From NCBI GenBank assembly GCA_003158675.1, contig PMKN01000030.1, positions 10,463 through 74,462 on the forward strand: a stretch of DNA of 64,000 bases, given 5' to 3'. Below are positions 49,341 through 57,899 of the stretch, in pieces (within the stretch, counting starts at the first letter, position 1; each line of letters opens with the position of its first letter). A program made the translations under genes and the position numbers. Origin of the DNA: Chloroflexota bacterium. Its GTDB lineage: Bacteria; Chloroflexota; Limnocylindria; Limnocylindrales; CSP1-4. The notes under the pieces are model-generated. The model was not told the origin of the DNA. It ran no database searches and worked only from the letters and a program-made list of their open reading frames with translations.

Positions 49341-50828
49341 GTGCGCGTCTCCATTGGGATCGACCTGGGATCGTCGCGGGTCAAGTTGCTCGCCCTGGAC
49401 GAAGAGGGCAACGTCCTCGGCATGACCATGGCCTCTTACGCGACGGATTCGCGTCAGCCCGGCTATGCCGAACAGAACCCGGACCGATGGTGGGACGCGC
49501 TGCGACTGGCGATGTCGGAGATGCTGTCGAGGCCGGCCCTGCGCGGCGCGGATGTGGCGGCGCTGGGGCTGTCCGGACAGATGCACAGTGCCGTCTTCCT
49601 GGACGCGGCCGGTGTGCCGGTTCGGCCGGCCCTGATGTGGTCGGACGGGCGCGCGGAAGCCGAGACCAAAGAGATCGAGAAGCGCATCTCCCGCAGCGAA
49701 CTGGTGGCTAGGACCGGTAACCGCTCCAATGTCAGCTTCACGGCGCCGAAGATCATGTGGGTCGCTGCCCACGAGCCCGAGGTCTTCGCCCGGACGCGCT
49801 GGATCGTTCAACCCAAGGACGCCATCCGCGCTCGACTGACGGGCAAGGTTGCGGGCGACGTCTCGGACGCCTCGGCGACGCTGCTCTTCGATCTCAAGGC
49901 GCGCACCTGGGCGACCGACATATGCGAGAAGCTGGGGATCGACGCGCGGCTGCTCCCTCCGCTCTTCGAATCCGAAAGTCTGGCGGGGGAACTTCGCGAG
50001 GACGCAGCGCGGGCACTGGGCTTGCCGGTCGGCATCGCCGTGGCCGTCGGTGGCGCGGATGCCCCCGCGGCGGCGCTGGGCCTGGGTCTGGCCCGCGAGG
50101 AAGACGCGAAAGGCACGGTTCTCATCTCGTTGGGTACGGGCGGCCAGGTCCTCGCGCCCGTGACGGATCCGCGGGTCGATCCGGACGGCCGCCTCCACGG
50201 CCTGTGCCACGTAGTGCCCGGCCAGTGGTGCGTCATGGCCGCCATCCTCTCGGCGGCGGCTTCGCTGGACTGGGTCGTTCGCCTGCTCCGCCCCGACGAT
50301 CCAAACGGCAGCCGCGAGTTGCTGGCCGCCGCCACCAAGGTACCGGCCGGGAGCGACGGCCTGATCTTCCTGCCCTACCTGCGCGGTGAGAGGACCCCCC
50401 ATTTCGATCCCGCGGCGCGGGGAGCGATGATCGGGATGCGAATCAGCCACGGAGCCCCTGAGCTGACCCGGGCTGTTCTCGAGGGAGTGGCCTTCGCCAT
50501 GGCGGAGGGCTTGGACCTGATGCGCGGCATCGGCGTCGAGCCCAAGTCGGGAGTGGTCGCTGGCGGCGGCGTCAATCGCCTGTGGCAGCAGATAATCGCC
50601 GACGTACTGAACATCCCAGTCGCGCTCGGCGCCACGGAGCATGGATCGGCCAGGGGCGCGGCCCTGCTCGGCGCCGTCGCCGCCGGCATGATCCCATCCA
50701 CCGGCAAGGGTGTTCCGCCACTGCCCGCCGACACTCGCCTGATGCAGCCCGATCCGGCCAACGTCAGCTTGTACGCCGGGATCTCGGCAACGTATCGCGA
50801 GCTGTACGGGCGTCTGCCGAGAAGCTGA
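49341..50828 (+). CDS. xylB: FGGY-family carbohydrate kinase (xylulokinase-like)
   Basis: 495 aa with GIDLGSSRVKLLALD, GYAEQNPDRWWDAL, GLSGQMHS and FLPYLRGERTPH. GTG start with SD GGAGG. Confidence 0.75.
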   Translation: MRVSIGIDLGSSRVKLLALDEEGNVLGMTMASYATDSRQPGYAEQNPDRWWDALRLAMSEMLSRPALRGADVAALGLSGQMHSAVFLDAAGVPVRPALMWSDGRAEAETKEIEKRISRSELVARTGNRSNVSFTAPKIMWVAAHEPEVFARTRWIVQPKDAIRARLTGKVAGDVSDASATLLFDLKARTWATDICEKLGIDARLLPPLFESESLAGELREDAARALGLPVGIAVAVGGADAPAAALGLGLAREEDAKGTVLISLGTGGQVLAPVTDPRVDPDGRLHGLCHVVPGQWCVMAAILSAAASLDWVVRLLRPDDPNGSRELLAAATKVPAGSDGLIFLPYLRGERTPHFDPAARGAMIGMRISHGAPELTRAVLEGVAFAMAEGLDLMRGIGVEPKSGVVAGGGVNRLWQQIIADVLNIPVALGATEHGSARGAALLGAVAAGMIPSTGKGVPPLPADTRLMQPDPANVSLYAGISATYRELYGRLPRS

Positions 50829-50873
50829 CAGTCGCCCGCGAAGACATTGCGTCGCCGCCGAGCAGCGCGTCCA

Positions 50874-51857
50874 CTACCAACGCTGGTGGACGAGCGGCTT
50901 GATCCGCTCCTCGTACAGGGCGCGGACGCGATCGAGCGTGGCCGGCGAGATCTCCGCCAGGTCCGCGGCTGCCGCATTCGCCGTCGCCTGGGCCGGTGAC
51001 TTCGCGCCGGGGATGGCAGCCGTGACGCCGTCGAACATAAGGATCCAGCGCAGTGCCATCTGCGCCATCGTGGCTTCGGCCGGGACGAGCCCGCGCAGCT
51101 CCTCGACGAACTCCAGACCCGCCTCGTAGTCCACGCCGGCGAACGTCTCGCCCACGTCGAACGACTCTCCGTGACGGTTGTACGAGCGGTGGTCCGAGGC
51201 GTCGAAGGCGGTGTGGCTGGTCATCTTGCCGGTGAGCAGCCCTGAGGCCATCGGCACTCGGGCAAGAACGCCGACGTCGCGACGCTTGGCCTCGGCCAGG
51301 AAGCGGTCGGCGGGTCGCTGGCGAAGCATGTTGAAGATGATCTGGACAGTGGCTACGCCCGGGAACTCGATCGCTTTGAGGCCTTCTTCGACGCGCTCGA
51401 CGCTCACGCCGTAGTTGGCGATCGCGCCGGCGGCAACCAGGTCTTCGAGAGCGGCGAAGATCTCCGGGTCGTAGTAGACGCTCGTCGGCAGACAATGGAG
51501 TTGGACCAGGTCCAGGCGGTCGACGCCCAGATTGCGCCGGCTTCTGTCCACCCACGCCCGAAAGGCGTGGGGTGTGTATTCGGCCGGGTCCAGGGCGACG
51601 CGCCTGCCCATCTTGGTCGCGACGAAGAACCGTTCTCCGCTGCGCTCGCGTAGGAACCGGCCGATCACCTGCTCGCTGCGGCCGTCGCCGTACACGTCGG
51701 CAGTGTCGATGAGGGTCACTCCTGCGTCGGCGGCGGCATGGAGGGCCCGGAGGCTCTCGGCGTCGTCGACGTTGCCCCAGTCGGCGCCGATCGCCCACGC
51801 GCCGAAGCCGATCGCGCTCACTTCGCGCCCAGTCTTGCCCAACCTGCGGTATTGCAT
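50874..51857 (-). CDS. Aldo/keto reductase
   Basis: Trimmed to ATG 51857 (MQYRRLGKTGREVSAIGFGAWAIG...). It also has IDTADVYGDGRSE and LDLVQLH. Confidence 0.9.
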   Translation of the reverse strand: MQYRRLGKTGREVSAIGFGAWAIGADWGNVDDAESLRALHAAADAGVTLIDTADVYGDGRSEQVIGRFLRERSGERFFVATKMGRRVALDPAEYTPHAFRAWVDRSRRNLGVDRLDLVQLHCLPTSVYYDPEIFAALEDLVAAGAIANYGVSVERVEEGLKAIEFPGVATVQIIFNMLRQRPADRFLAEAKRRDVGVLARVPMASGLLTGKMTSHTAFDASDHRSYNRHGESFDVGETFAGVDYEAGLEFVEELRGLVPAEATMAQMALRWILMFDGVTAAIPGAKSPAQATANAAAADLAEISPATLDRVRALYEERIKPLVHQRW

Positions 51858-51975
51858 GGGTGTGGTCTCCTCTCCTCTGGCGGGCCGACTCCGGGACACG
51901 CCATTCGTGCGGCTACGTTAGCGCAGGCCCGGCGATGGCGATCGACGGACGCCGGACGGTCCGCTGGGCAAGCCC

Positions 51976-54900
51976 CTAGGTTTCGGTGCCGTCGTGCGAG
52001 ACGAAAGGCGTGGAATCCAAGGTCGCGCGGACCGCATCCAGCAGGGCTGCAACGCTGAATGGCTTGGGCAGGAATCGGGCGTCAGCGGGGAGGGCGGGCC
52101 CATCACCCTGACCTGCAAGATAGCCCGAGATGAAGAGCGTTCGAGGCGGTGTCACGCTGGCGGCCAGCTCCGCCGCGAAGGCCACACCCGACATCCCCGG
52201 CATCGTGACGTCGGACAGAAGCAGGTCCACGTTGGCCTGGTTGGCCGCCCACAGCGTCCGCGCTTCGACGACGTTTGCAGCGCAGAGGACGAGGTAACCT
52301 CGGTCGGTCAGGACTCGTTTCGCCAGGTTGCGGATGGCTGGCTCGTCCTCGACCAGAAGCACCGTCTCGGTGCCGGGGACAGGCTGCCCGACCGCAATCG
52401 CAGGTGCTTCTTCGGAGTCCTCGGAGGCTGGAAAGGTGAGCCAGAACCGGGTGCCTTGGCCGGGCTCAGACTCGACGGCGATGTCACCGGACGCGTTGCG
52501 GACGATCCCATATACGATCGAAAGCCCGAGCCCGGTTCCTCTGCCGATCTCCTTCGTCGTGAAGAACGGCTCGAAGATGCGACCCCTTACGTCGGCCGGC
52601 ATCCCGACTCCCGTGTCGGTCACGGCCACGAAGGCCAGCGCTTCAGGCGCGTTCGTATCCCGACTGAACGGTTCCGACAGTTGGGTGGATGCGGGGACCG
52701 GAGTCCCCGCCCCATCCGATCGTCGACCCGTCTCGATTGTCACAGAGCCGCCGTCGGGCATCGCGTCTCGGCTGTTCACGCACAGATTCACGAGCACCTG
52801 CTCGAGTTGAGTTGGGTCGATAAGGATGCAGCCTGCCTCGGGCCGAAGAACCGTTGCCAGCTGGATCGTGGGACCGAGCAGGTGCCTGATCATCGGGATC
52901 GCGCGGCCGATGCTCCCATTGAGGTCCACCATTCGAGCATTTGCCCGGGTGGGCTGGCTGAACGTCAACAACTGCCGCGTCAGTTCGGCTGCCCGGTCGG
53001 CAGCCCTGACGATCTCCTCGAGATCGGTGGCCTGTTCGGAGGTGCCTGGTTGCGCCGCCTTGGCCAGTTCAGCGTAGCCGTGGATAGCCTGCAGCAGGTT
53101 GTTGAAGTCGTGAGCGATGCCACCCGACAGCTGACCCAGCGTTTCCATCTTCTGCGACTGGCGAAGCTGGCCGGCCCGGACCTGAAGTTCCTCGATCAAC
53201 CGGGAGACCTTGAGGGCGCCGCTGATCTGTTCGCGTAAGGCCTCATAGGTCAGCCCGTCCAGGGGCCCCATCTCGAAGATCGCGTGGCCGAAGCTCTCGT
53301 CCTTGAAGAAGAGCGGCTGCACCACCATGGCGTAGGTCCGGTCCGTGGGCATCAGTCCATCCGGCGCGAAGGCATCGGCGGTGTGGCTGTGGAGTCGCTC
53401 GAGAGTGCCCGGGTCTCGGCCAGGATCGTACGCGAAGTCCACCCGGGGACCGGAGGCATGCCCGTTGTCGAGTACGAGGTAGGCGCTCGGAATGCCGAGT
53501 CGCGGCAGGCACTCGCGGAGGGCTTCGCCGAGGGACTCGAGATCGAAAGCCGCGCTCAGCGTCTCGGCCGTCTCGGAGAGCGCCCGAGTCCGGCGTTCGA
53601 CGATCAGACGATGCTGAGCCTGCGTGTGATCGACGGCGTCGCCGATGGTGAGCCGTACCTCTTGAAGGAGGTCCTCGGCGCGCGAACGCATCGATGGGTC
53701 AGCTGCGAGGCAGGGCATCAGCTCGCGCCTCAGCGCGGACAGTGCCGGCTGCCAGGCAGTGCCCGATCCACCAGCGTGCGCTACGTCCTCCAGAAGCGCG
53801 TTGACCCGTTCGGTGAAGCGGTGGGGCGCACCCCGGAGTTCAGCAATCAAGGCATCGAGCAGGCCTTCCTCCCAGCCCTCCGGGATCCCCGCCAGCAGAC
53901 CGCTGACAGACGCTCGCATGGCCTCGAGCATTCGGGAACGGCGGAGCCGTAGGGCCTTGTCGACGGTGATCTCCGACCCAACGTCGGTCGACGCCGGCGG
54001 CAAGCTGCTCGCCAGGGCAACATTGCGTGCGTCCGGATTGCAGCCGCAGCTGCGGCGAATGACCAGCTCGGTGGGGAGGACCACGATGTCGTCCACCGGC
54101 TCGCCGCGAAGCCGCCGCACGAGGGTCTCGACGGCAATGGCGCCCTGCCTCTTGAGCGGCTGGCGGATCGTCGTCAGGGGCGGTGTGGAGTTGCGAGCCT
54201 CTGGGATGTCGTCGAATCCGATGATCGCCACGTCCCGCGGCACACGGATGTCGCGGGCACGTAACGCGTCGATCGCGCCGAATGCCATCCGATCGTTGGC
54301 AGCGATGATCGCGTCGAAAGACTCACCCCGCTCGTCGAGCAGGAGGCGGACCGCATCAACCCCGCTCTCGTACTTGAAATCCCCGGTCACGACCAACGAA
54401 TCGGACCTGGGGAGCCCGCGACTGGCCAGCTCCTCGCGGTATATGCGTAAGCGAATGCGCGCTTCGATATTGCCTTCTGGCCCGCCGACGAACGCGATGC
54501 GTCGATAGCCGTGATCCTCGACCAGATGCCTGATCGCTTCTCGAAGGGCCGGGGCGCCGTCGATCAGGACGCTGTTCATCCACTTGACTTCAGCGGCCAG
54601 GCTGGCCATCGGCAGCGGACGGAAGCGCTCGCAATAGCGAGCCTGGTCGTCCAGGCCACGGTAGTTGCCAACCGTGGCCACGACTATGAGCGCATCGATG
54701 CCCTTGCTGCCGGCAAGTTGGTACACCGCGTTGCGTTGTTCGCCGAAGCGCGTCGGCGCATGTAGCGAGGCTCCCACGAAACACACAAGATTGACGCCGC
54801 GCTCGCGGGCGGCCTCGACCACACCCCCGACGCGGAGTTCCTCATCTTCGAGCCAGTCGACCATTACGCCGAACGTGGGGGTGCGAGCCGGTGGCTGCGA

Positions 54901-55029
54901 CGCGGGCGGAACCTTCACTTCAACCGGACCCTCATCCGAGTTGCTCCTGGCGTCGCGGGCGAGACTCGGCCAAGCCACGCGGCACTCTGGTGCCGGCCCG
55001 CCCGCCTGGCGGGCTCTGAACTGGATCAT
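51976..55029 (-). CDS. Soluble hybrid sensor histidine kinase with N-terminal LacI-type (PBP type 1) ligand-binding domain and C-terminal receiver
   Basis: The N-terminal ~300 aa have the LacI/PurR ligand-domain order without an HTH (FGVMVDWLEDE..., GYRRIAFVGGPEGNIEARIRLRIYREEL, AIIAANDRMAFGAIDAL, DVAIIGFDDIPEA, LTTIRQP). A central unknown region follows. Then come HisKA (LGQLSGGIAHDFNNLL), HATPase (NLCVNSRDAM, DTGVGM, GTGLGLS) and REC (VLLVEDEPAIR, LLLSDVTMPGMSG). The start is uncertain: ATG 55029, GTG 55077 or an internal GTG. No TM segment. Confidence 0.85.
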   Translation of the reverse strand: MIQFRARQAGGPAPECRVAWPSLARDARSNSDEGPVEVKVPPASQPPARTPTFGVMVDWLEDEELRVGGVVEAARERGVNLVCFVGASLHAPTRFGEQRNAVYQLAGSKGIDALIVVATVGNYRGLDDQARYCERFRPLPMASLAAEVKWMNSVLIDGAPALREAIRHLVEDHGYRRIAFVGGPEGNIEARIRLRIYREELASRGLPRSDSLVVTGDFKYESGVDAVRLLLDERGESFDAIIAANDRMAFGAIDALRARDIRVPRDVAIIGFDDIPEARNSTPPLTTIRQPLKRQGAIAVETLVRRLRGEPVDDIVVLPTELVIRRSCGCNPDARNVALASSLPPASTDVGSEITVDKALRLRRSRMLEAMRASVSGLLAGIPEGWEEGLLDALIAELRGAPHRFTERVNALLEDVAHAGGSGTAWQPALSALRRELMPCLAADPSMRSRAEDLLQEVRLTIGDAVDHTQAQHRLIVERRTRALSETAETLSAAFDLESLGEALRECLPRLGIPSAYLVLDNGHASGPRVDFAYDPGRDPGTLERLHSHTADAFAPDGLMPTDRTYAMVVQPLFFKDESFGHAIFEMGPLDGLTYEALREQISGALKVSRLIEELQVRAGQLRQSQKMETLGQLSGGIAHDFNNLLQAIHGYAELAKAAQPGTSEQATDLEEIVRAADRAAELTRQLLTFSQPTRANARMVDLNGSIGRAIPMIRHLLGPTIQLATVLRPEAGCILIDPTQLEQVLVNLCVNSRDAMPDGGSVTIETGRRSDGAGTPVPASTQLSEPFSRDTNAPEALAFVAVTDTGVGMPADVRGRIFEPFFTTKEIGRGTGLGLSIVYGIVRNASGDIAVESEPGQGTRFWLTFPASEDSEEAPAIAVGQPVPGTETVLLVEDEPAIRNLAKRVLTDRGYLVLCAANVVEARTLWAANQANVDLLLSDVTMPGMSGVAFAAELAASVTPPRTLFISGYLAGQGDGPALPADARFLPKPFSVAALLDAVRATLDSTPFVSHDGTET

Positions 55030-55139
55030 CGATGATTCCAGACGAAAGTCCGGTTGTATATGGCCCGCAAGGATCACCCCACGCGCAGCAGGACGTGGAT
55101 ACGGAGCCGGCCGACTGGCGGGCAGATCCGTCCAAGCCT

Positions 55140-57731
55140 TCAGGCGGCCTTGCTGGACCGTCGGCCGCGAGCTGCGACTGCCGCAGGCTCGGCCTCATCC
55201 GAACCAGACGAGTCGAGACTGGCCTCGGCATCGTCGCTGGTGAGTCTGAACCGAGCCGTCGCACCTTCGAGTTCCCGCGCGATGACGGTCAGATCGTGGG
55301 CCGCGTCGGTCACTTCCTGCACCTGCCGCGAAACCAGGTTGGTTGACGAGGCCACCCGCTCTGCCGACGCAGCGTTCTCCTGAGAGAGAGCGGCCACACT
55401 CTCTACGCTCTCGAGGGTCTCGCGGATACCGCCGGCCGCCATCTCGGACCTGTGCATGTTGGCCGTGATGACGTCCGAAACGCGCTCGATCGCCGAAGTC
55501 AGATCGCCCATCACACTGGCCACGGCCTGGTTGGCGCTGGCCATCTCGCCGGTCTGCCGATGGGTCGTCTTGGCCGATTCGAGCAGCTCGTCGAGGGCCT
55601 GGCCGGAGTGCTGGGCCAGGGATGAGCCGTCGTGCACCTTCTGCATCGCGACGTCCATCGCCTCGGCGGCCCGCCGGGCCGTCGCCTGGACGGTGGTGAT
55701 GATGGCGCCGATCTCCTTGGTCGCCGCGGCCGACTTCTCGGCCAGCTTGCGGACCTCACTCGCAACCACGGCGAAGCCCCTACCCTGGTCACCGGCTCGG
55801 GCTGCCTCGATCGCAGCGTTCAGAGCGAGCAGGTTAGTTTGGGCGGCGATGTCCTCGATCGCACTCAAGATCTCGCCGATCTGCTGCGCCCGGGCGTTGG
55901 TCTCCTGAATGGTGGCTGCCGAGGAGTCGACCGCGTGCTCGATCGACTTCATCTGTTCCAACGTCTGGCGGATCGCGTCGGACCCGCGCTCGGCCGTCGC
56001 CACGGCCTGAACCGTGGAGGCGACCACGGTTTCGGAACTCGAGCCTGCAACCTCGACGGCGTCCGAGATATGCGCCGCAGCCTGAGACAGCCGCTCGGCG
56101 GCCTGTGCCTGGTCGCGGGCGCCCGTCGCAATCGCATCCACCGATTTGGCGATCCGTTCGATGCTGGCATTGGCGCGCGTCATCGCCGCGGCTTCGGTCG
56201 TTGCCGACTCGGCTATCTGCGAGATGTTCGCCGCGATCTGGTGGGTTGCGGCCCCGGAGGATTGGGCGGAACTCGCCAGGCCGTCGCTCACTTCCAGGAG
56301 CTTCTGGGCCCGATGCGAGAGCTGATCCATCAGGCCGCGCAGACTCGACGACTCGGAGTTGAAGGTCGCAACCGGCACTCCCTCGGCGACGACGCGGTTG
56401 AGGCTGGCGACGAGGCCCGTGTCCAGGATCATGGTGGAGATTGCGTCGTAACCGTCGTGCGCGAGCCGCTCGATTGCTGCCGCGCGGATGGCCAGGTCGA
56501 AAGAACCGCTGGGCTCGGGGACGATCCATTCGGCCTCGGCGTTGAACGATCGAAGCTCCTGGGCGGCTGCGACCACGCCGTCGCGGACGGACTCCCAGAA
56601 CGGCGCGTCCTCCAACCCCAGGACCGCGATGCGGATGCGGCTGGTGGCGGCCCTCATCGGCCGGGGGCGTCGTTCCGCCATCGCCGCCGATTCGATCGAG
56701 CCATGGCCGGCCTGCCAGAACTGGTCGATATTGGCCGGGGTGACCAGGTCGCTCTCGGTCAGCAATCGCGACCTGGGCGGCTGCCAGCCGGCGACCAGGT
56801 GGTTGAACAGGTGGATCACCGGATCGTGGCCCTGGGCGTACGGGTCCTGCCCGATCGTGGCCGTGATCATGCCCTTGGCGACGTAGGGCATCGCCTCGTC
56901 CATGATGTCGTGGCTGATGATGGTCACCTTGCCGACCAGGCCGGCGTCGGCCACGGCTTGAGCCGCCCCCGCGGCCCCGACGGTGACGTAGATACCGGTC
57001 AGTCGCGGATGGCGCTTGATGGCCTCGGCCGTCACGGCGCGCATGCCGGCCAGGTCGTATGGGCTTTCGACCGCGGCCACGATCTCCACGCCCGGGTACC
57101 GTTCGTGCAGCATCCCTTCGAAGCCCTTGCGACGAATCTCCAGGCCGAGGTGATGGAACGACGCGGTCATGACGAGGACCTGACCCTTGCCATTGAGCGC
57201 TCGCCCCATAGCGTCGCCGCCGGTTCGGCCCTGCAGATAGCCGTCCGGCCCGACGAAGAACAGGCGCCGGCAGGCCTCGTCCGTGACGCGGTTGAGCTGC
57301 ATCGCGCTGTCGCCGAGCCGGGCGCCGATATTTCCGATTCGCCTGCCCAGCCGTGTGACCTCGGCCGTAGCCGCAATCGAGACCGAGCTGACCTGTGGCT
57401 CGAGCTTGCGGGTCAGGTCCCCTTCGGCAACCGCGGCCAGCGCATCAGACAATGCCTCCGTCTGCGTCTCGGCCAGGGCGACTGTGACCTGAGTGAGTCG
57501 CCCCAGCGGGCGCGCCACGGTGAACAGATACATCGTCCAGGTAATGCCCCACCCTAGTGCCACACCCAATCCCAGGACGGTCGCGGCGGAGCCCACGGGT
57601 AGGCCTGCGATCGCGGCCAGGGTGCCCGCGGCCATACACGCGAGTGCCAGTCCCAGACCCGCGAAGATCCCGCGGCTGACAAGCACGAGACGAAGTTCGG
57701 AGAGGCTTAGAGCTGAGTTTCGGCGTGGCAT
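55140..57731 (-). CDS. Methyl-accepting chemotaxis protein with membrane hairpin, HAMP-like linker and cytoplasmic PBP type 1 (sugar-binding-protein-like) domain
   Basis: The signalling domain is canonical ([40 protein letters not shown]). Two N-terminal TM segments have almost no periplasmic loop. ATG 57731 (SD AAGGAA) is preferred over TTG 57752. See the findings for the permuted PBP lobes. Confidence 0.9.
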   Translation of the reverse strand: MPRRNSALSLSELRLVLVSRGIFAGLGLALACMAAGTLAAIAGLPVGSAATVLGLGVALGWGITWTMYLFTVARPLGRLTQVTVALAETQTEALSDALAAVAEGDLTRKLEPQVSSVSIAATAEVTRLGRRIGNIGARLGDSAMQLNRVTDEACRRLFFVGPDGYLQGRTGGDAMGRALNGKGQVLVMTASFHHLGLEIRRKGFEGMLHERYPGVEIVAAVESPYDLAGMRAVTAEAIKRHPRLTGIYVTVGAAGAAQAVADAGLVGKVTIISHDIMDEAMPYVAKGMITATIGQDPYAQGHDPVIHLFNHLVAGWQPPRSRLLTESDLVTPANIDQFWQAGHGSIESAAMAERRPRPMRAATSRIRIAVLGLEDAPFWESVRDGVVAAAQELRSFNAEAEWIVPEPSGSFDLAIRAAAIERLAHDGYDAISTMILDTGLVASLNRVVAEGVPVATFNSESSSLRGLMDQLSHRAQKLLEVSDGLASSAQSSGAATHQIAANISQIAESATTEAAAMTRANASIERIAKSVDAIATGARDQAQAAERLSQAAAHISDAVEVAGSSSETVVASTVQAVATAERGSDAIRQTLEQMKSIEHAVDSSAATIQETNARAQQIGEILSAIEDIAAQTNLLALNAAIEAARAGDQGRGFAVVASEVRKLAEKSAAATKEIGAIITTVQATARRAAEAMDVAMQKVHDGSSLAQHSGQALDELLESAKTTHRQTGEMASANQAVASVMGDLTSAIERVSDVITANMHRSEMAAGGIRETLESVESVAALSQENAASAERVASSTNLVSRQVQEVTDAAHDLTVIARELEGATARFRLTSDDAEASLDSSGSDEAEPAAVAARGRRSSKAA

Positions 57732-57838
57732 GCTGTTCCTTGGTGGACGCAAACCTATCCGGGTCCTTGGCCTTGTTCCGATCGCCGCGGCCGGCGCCGA
57801 TCGGCTCGGCTCCCCGCAAGCAGGGAGATGCCTTGGTG

Positions 57839-57867
57839 GTATCGGCCGGTCTGGCGCGGAACTCCAC
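57839..57867 (-). promoter_or_regulatory. Possible sigma-28-type promoter of the chemoreceptor gene (-10 only)
   Basis: Minus-strand GCCGATAC octamer (57846-57839), the same CCGATACC core as the cheR, fliS and cheW sites. The -35 position reads GTGGAG, a poor match. Confidence 0.3.
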
Positions 57868-57899
57868 AGAGTGCCGGCAACAGAATCCGCACCGTCTCG

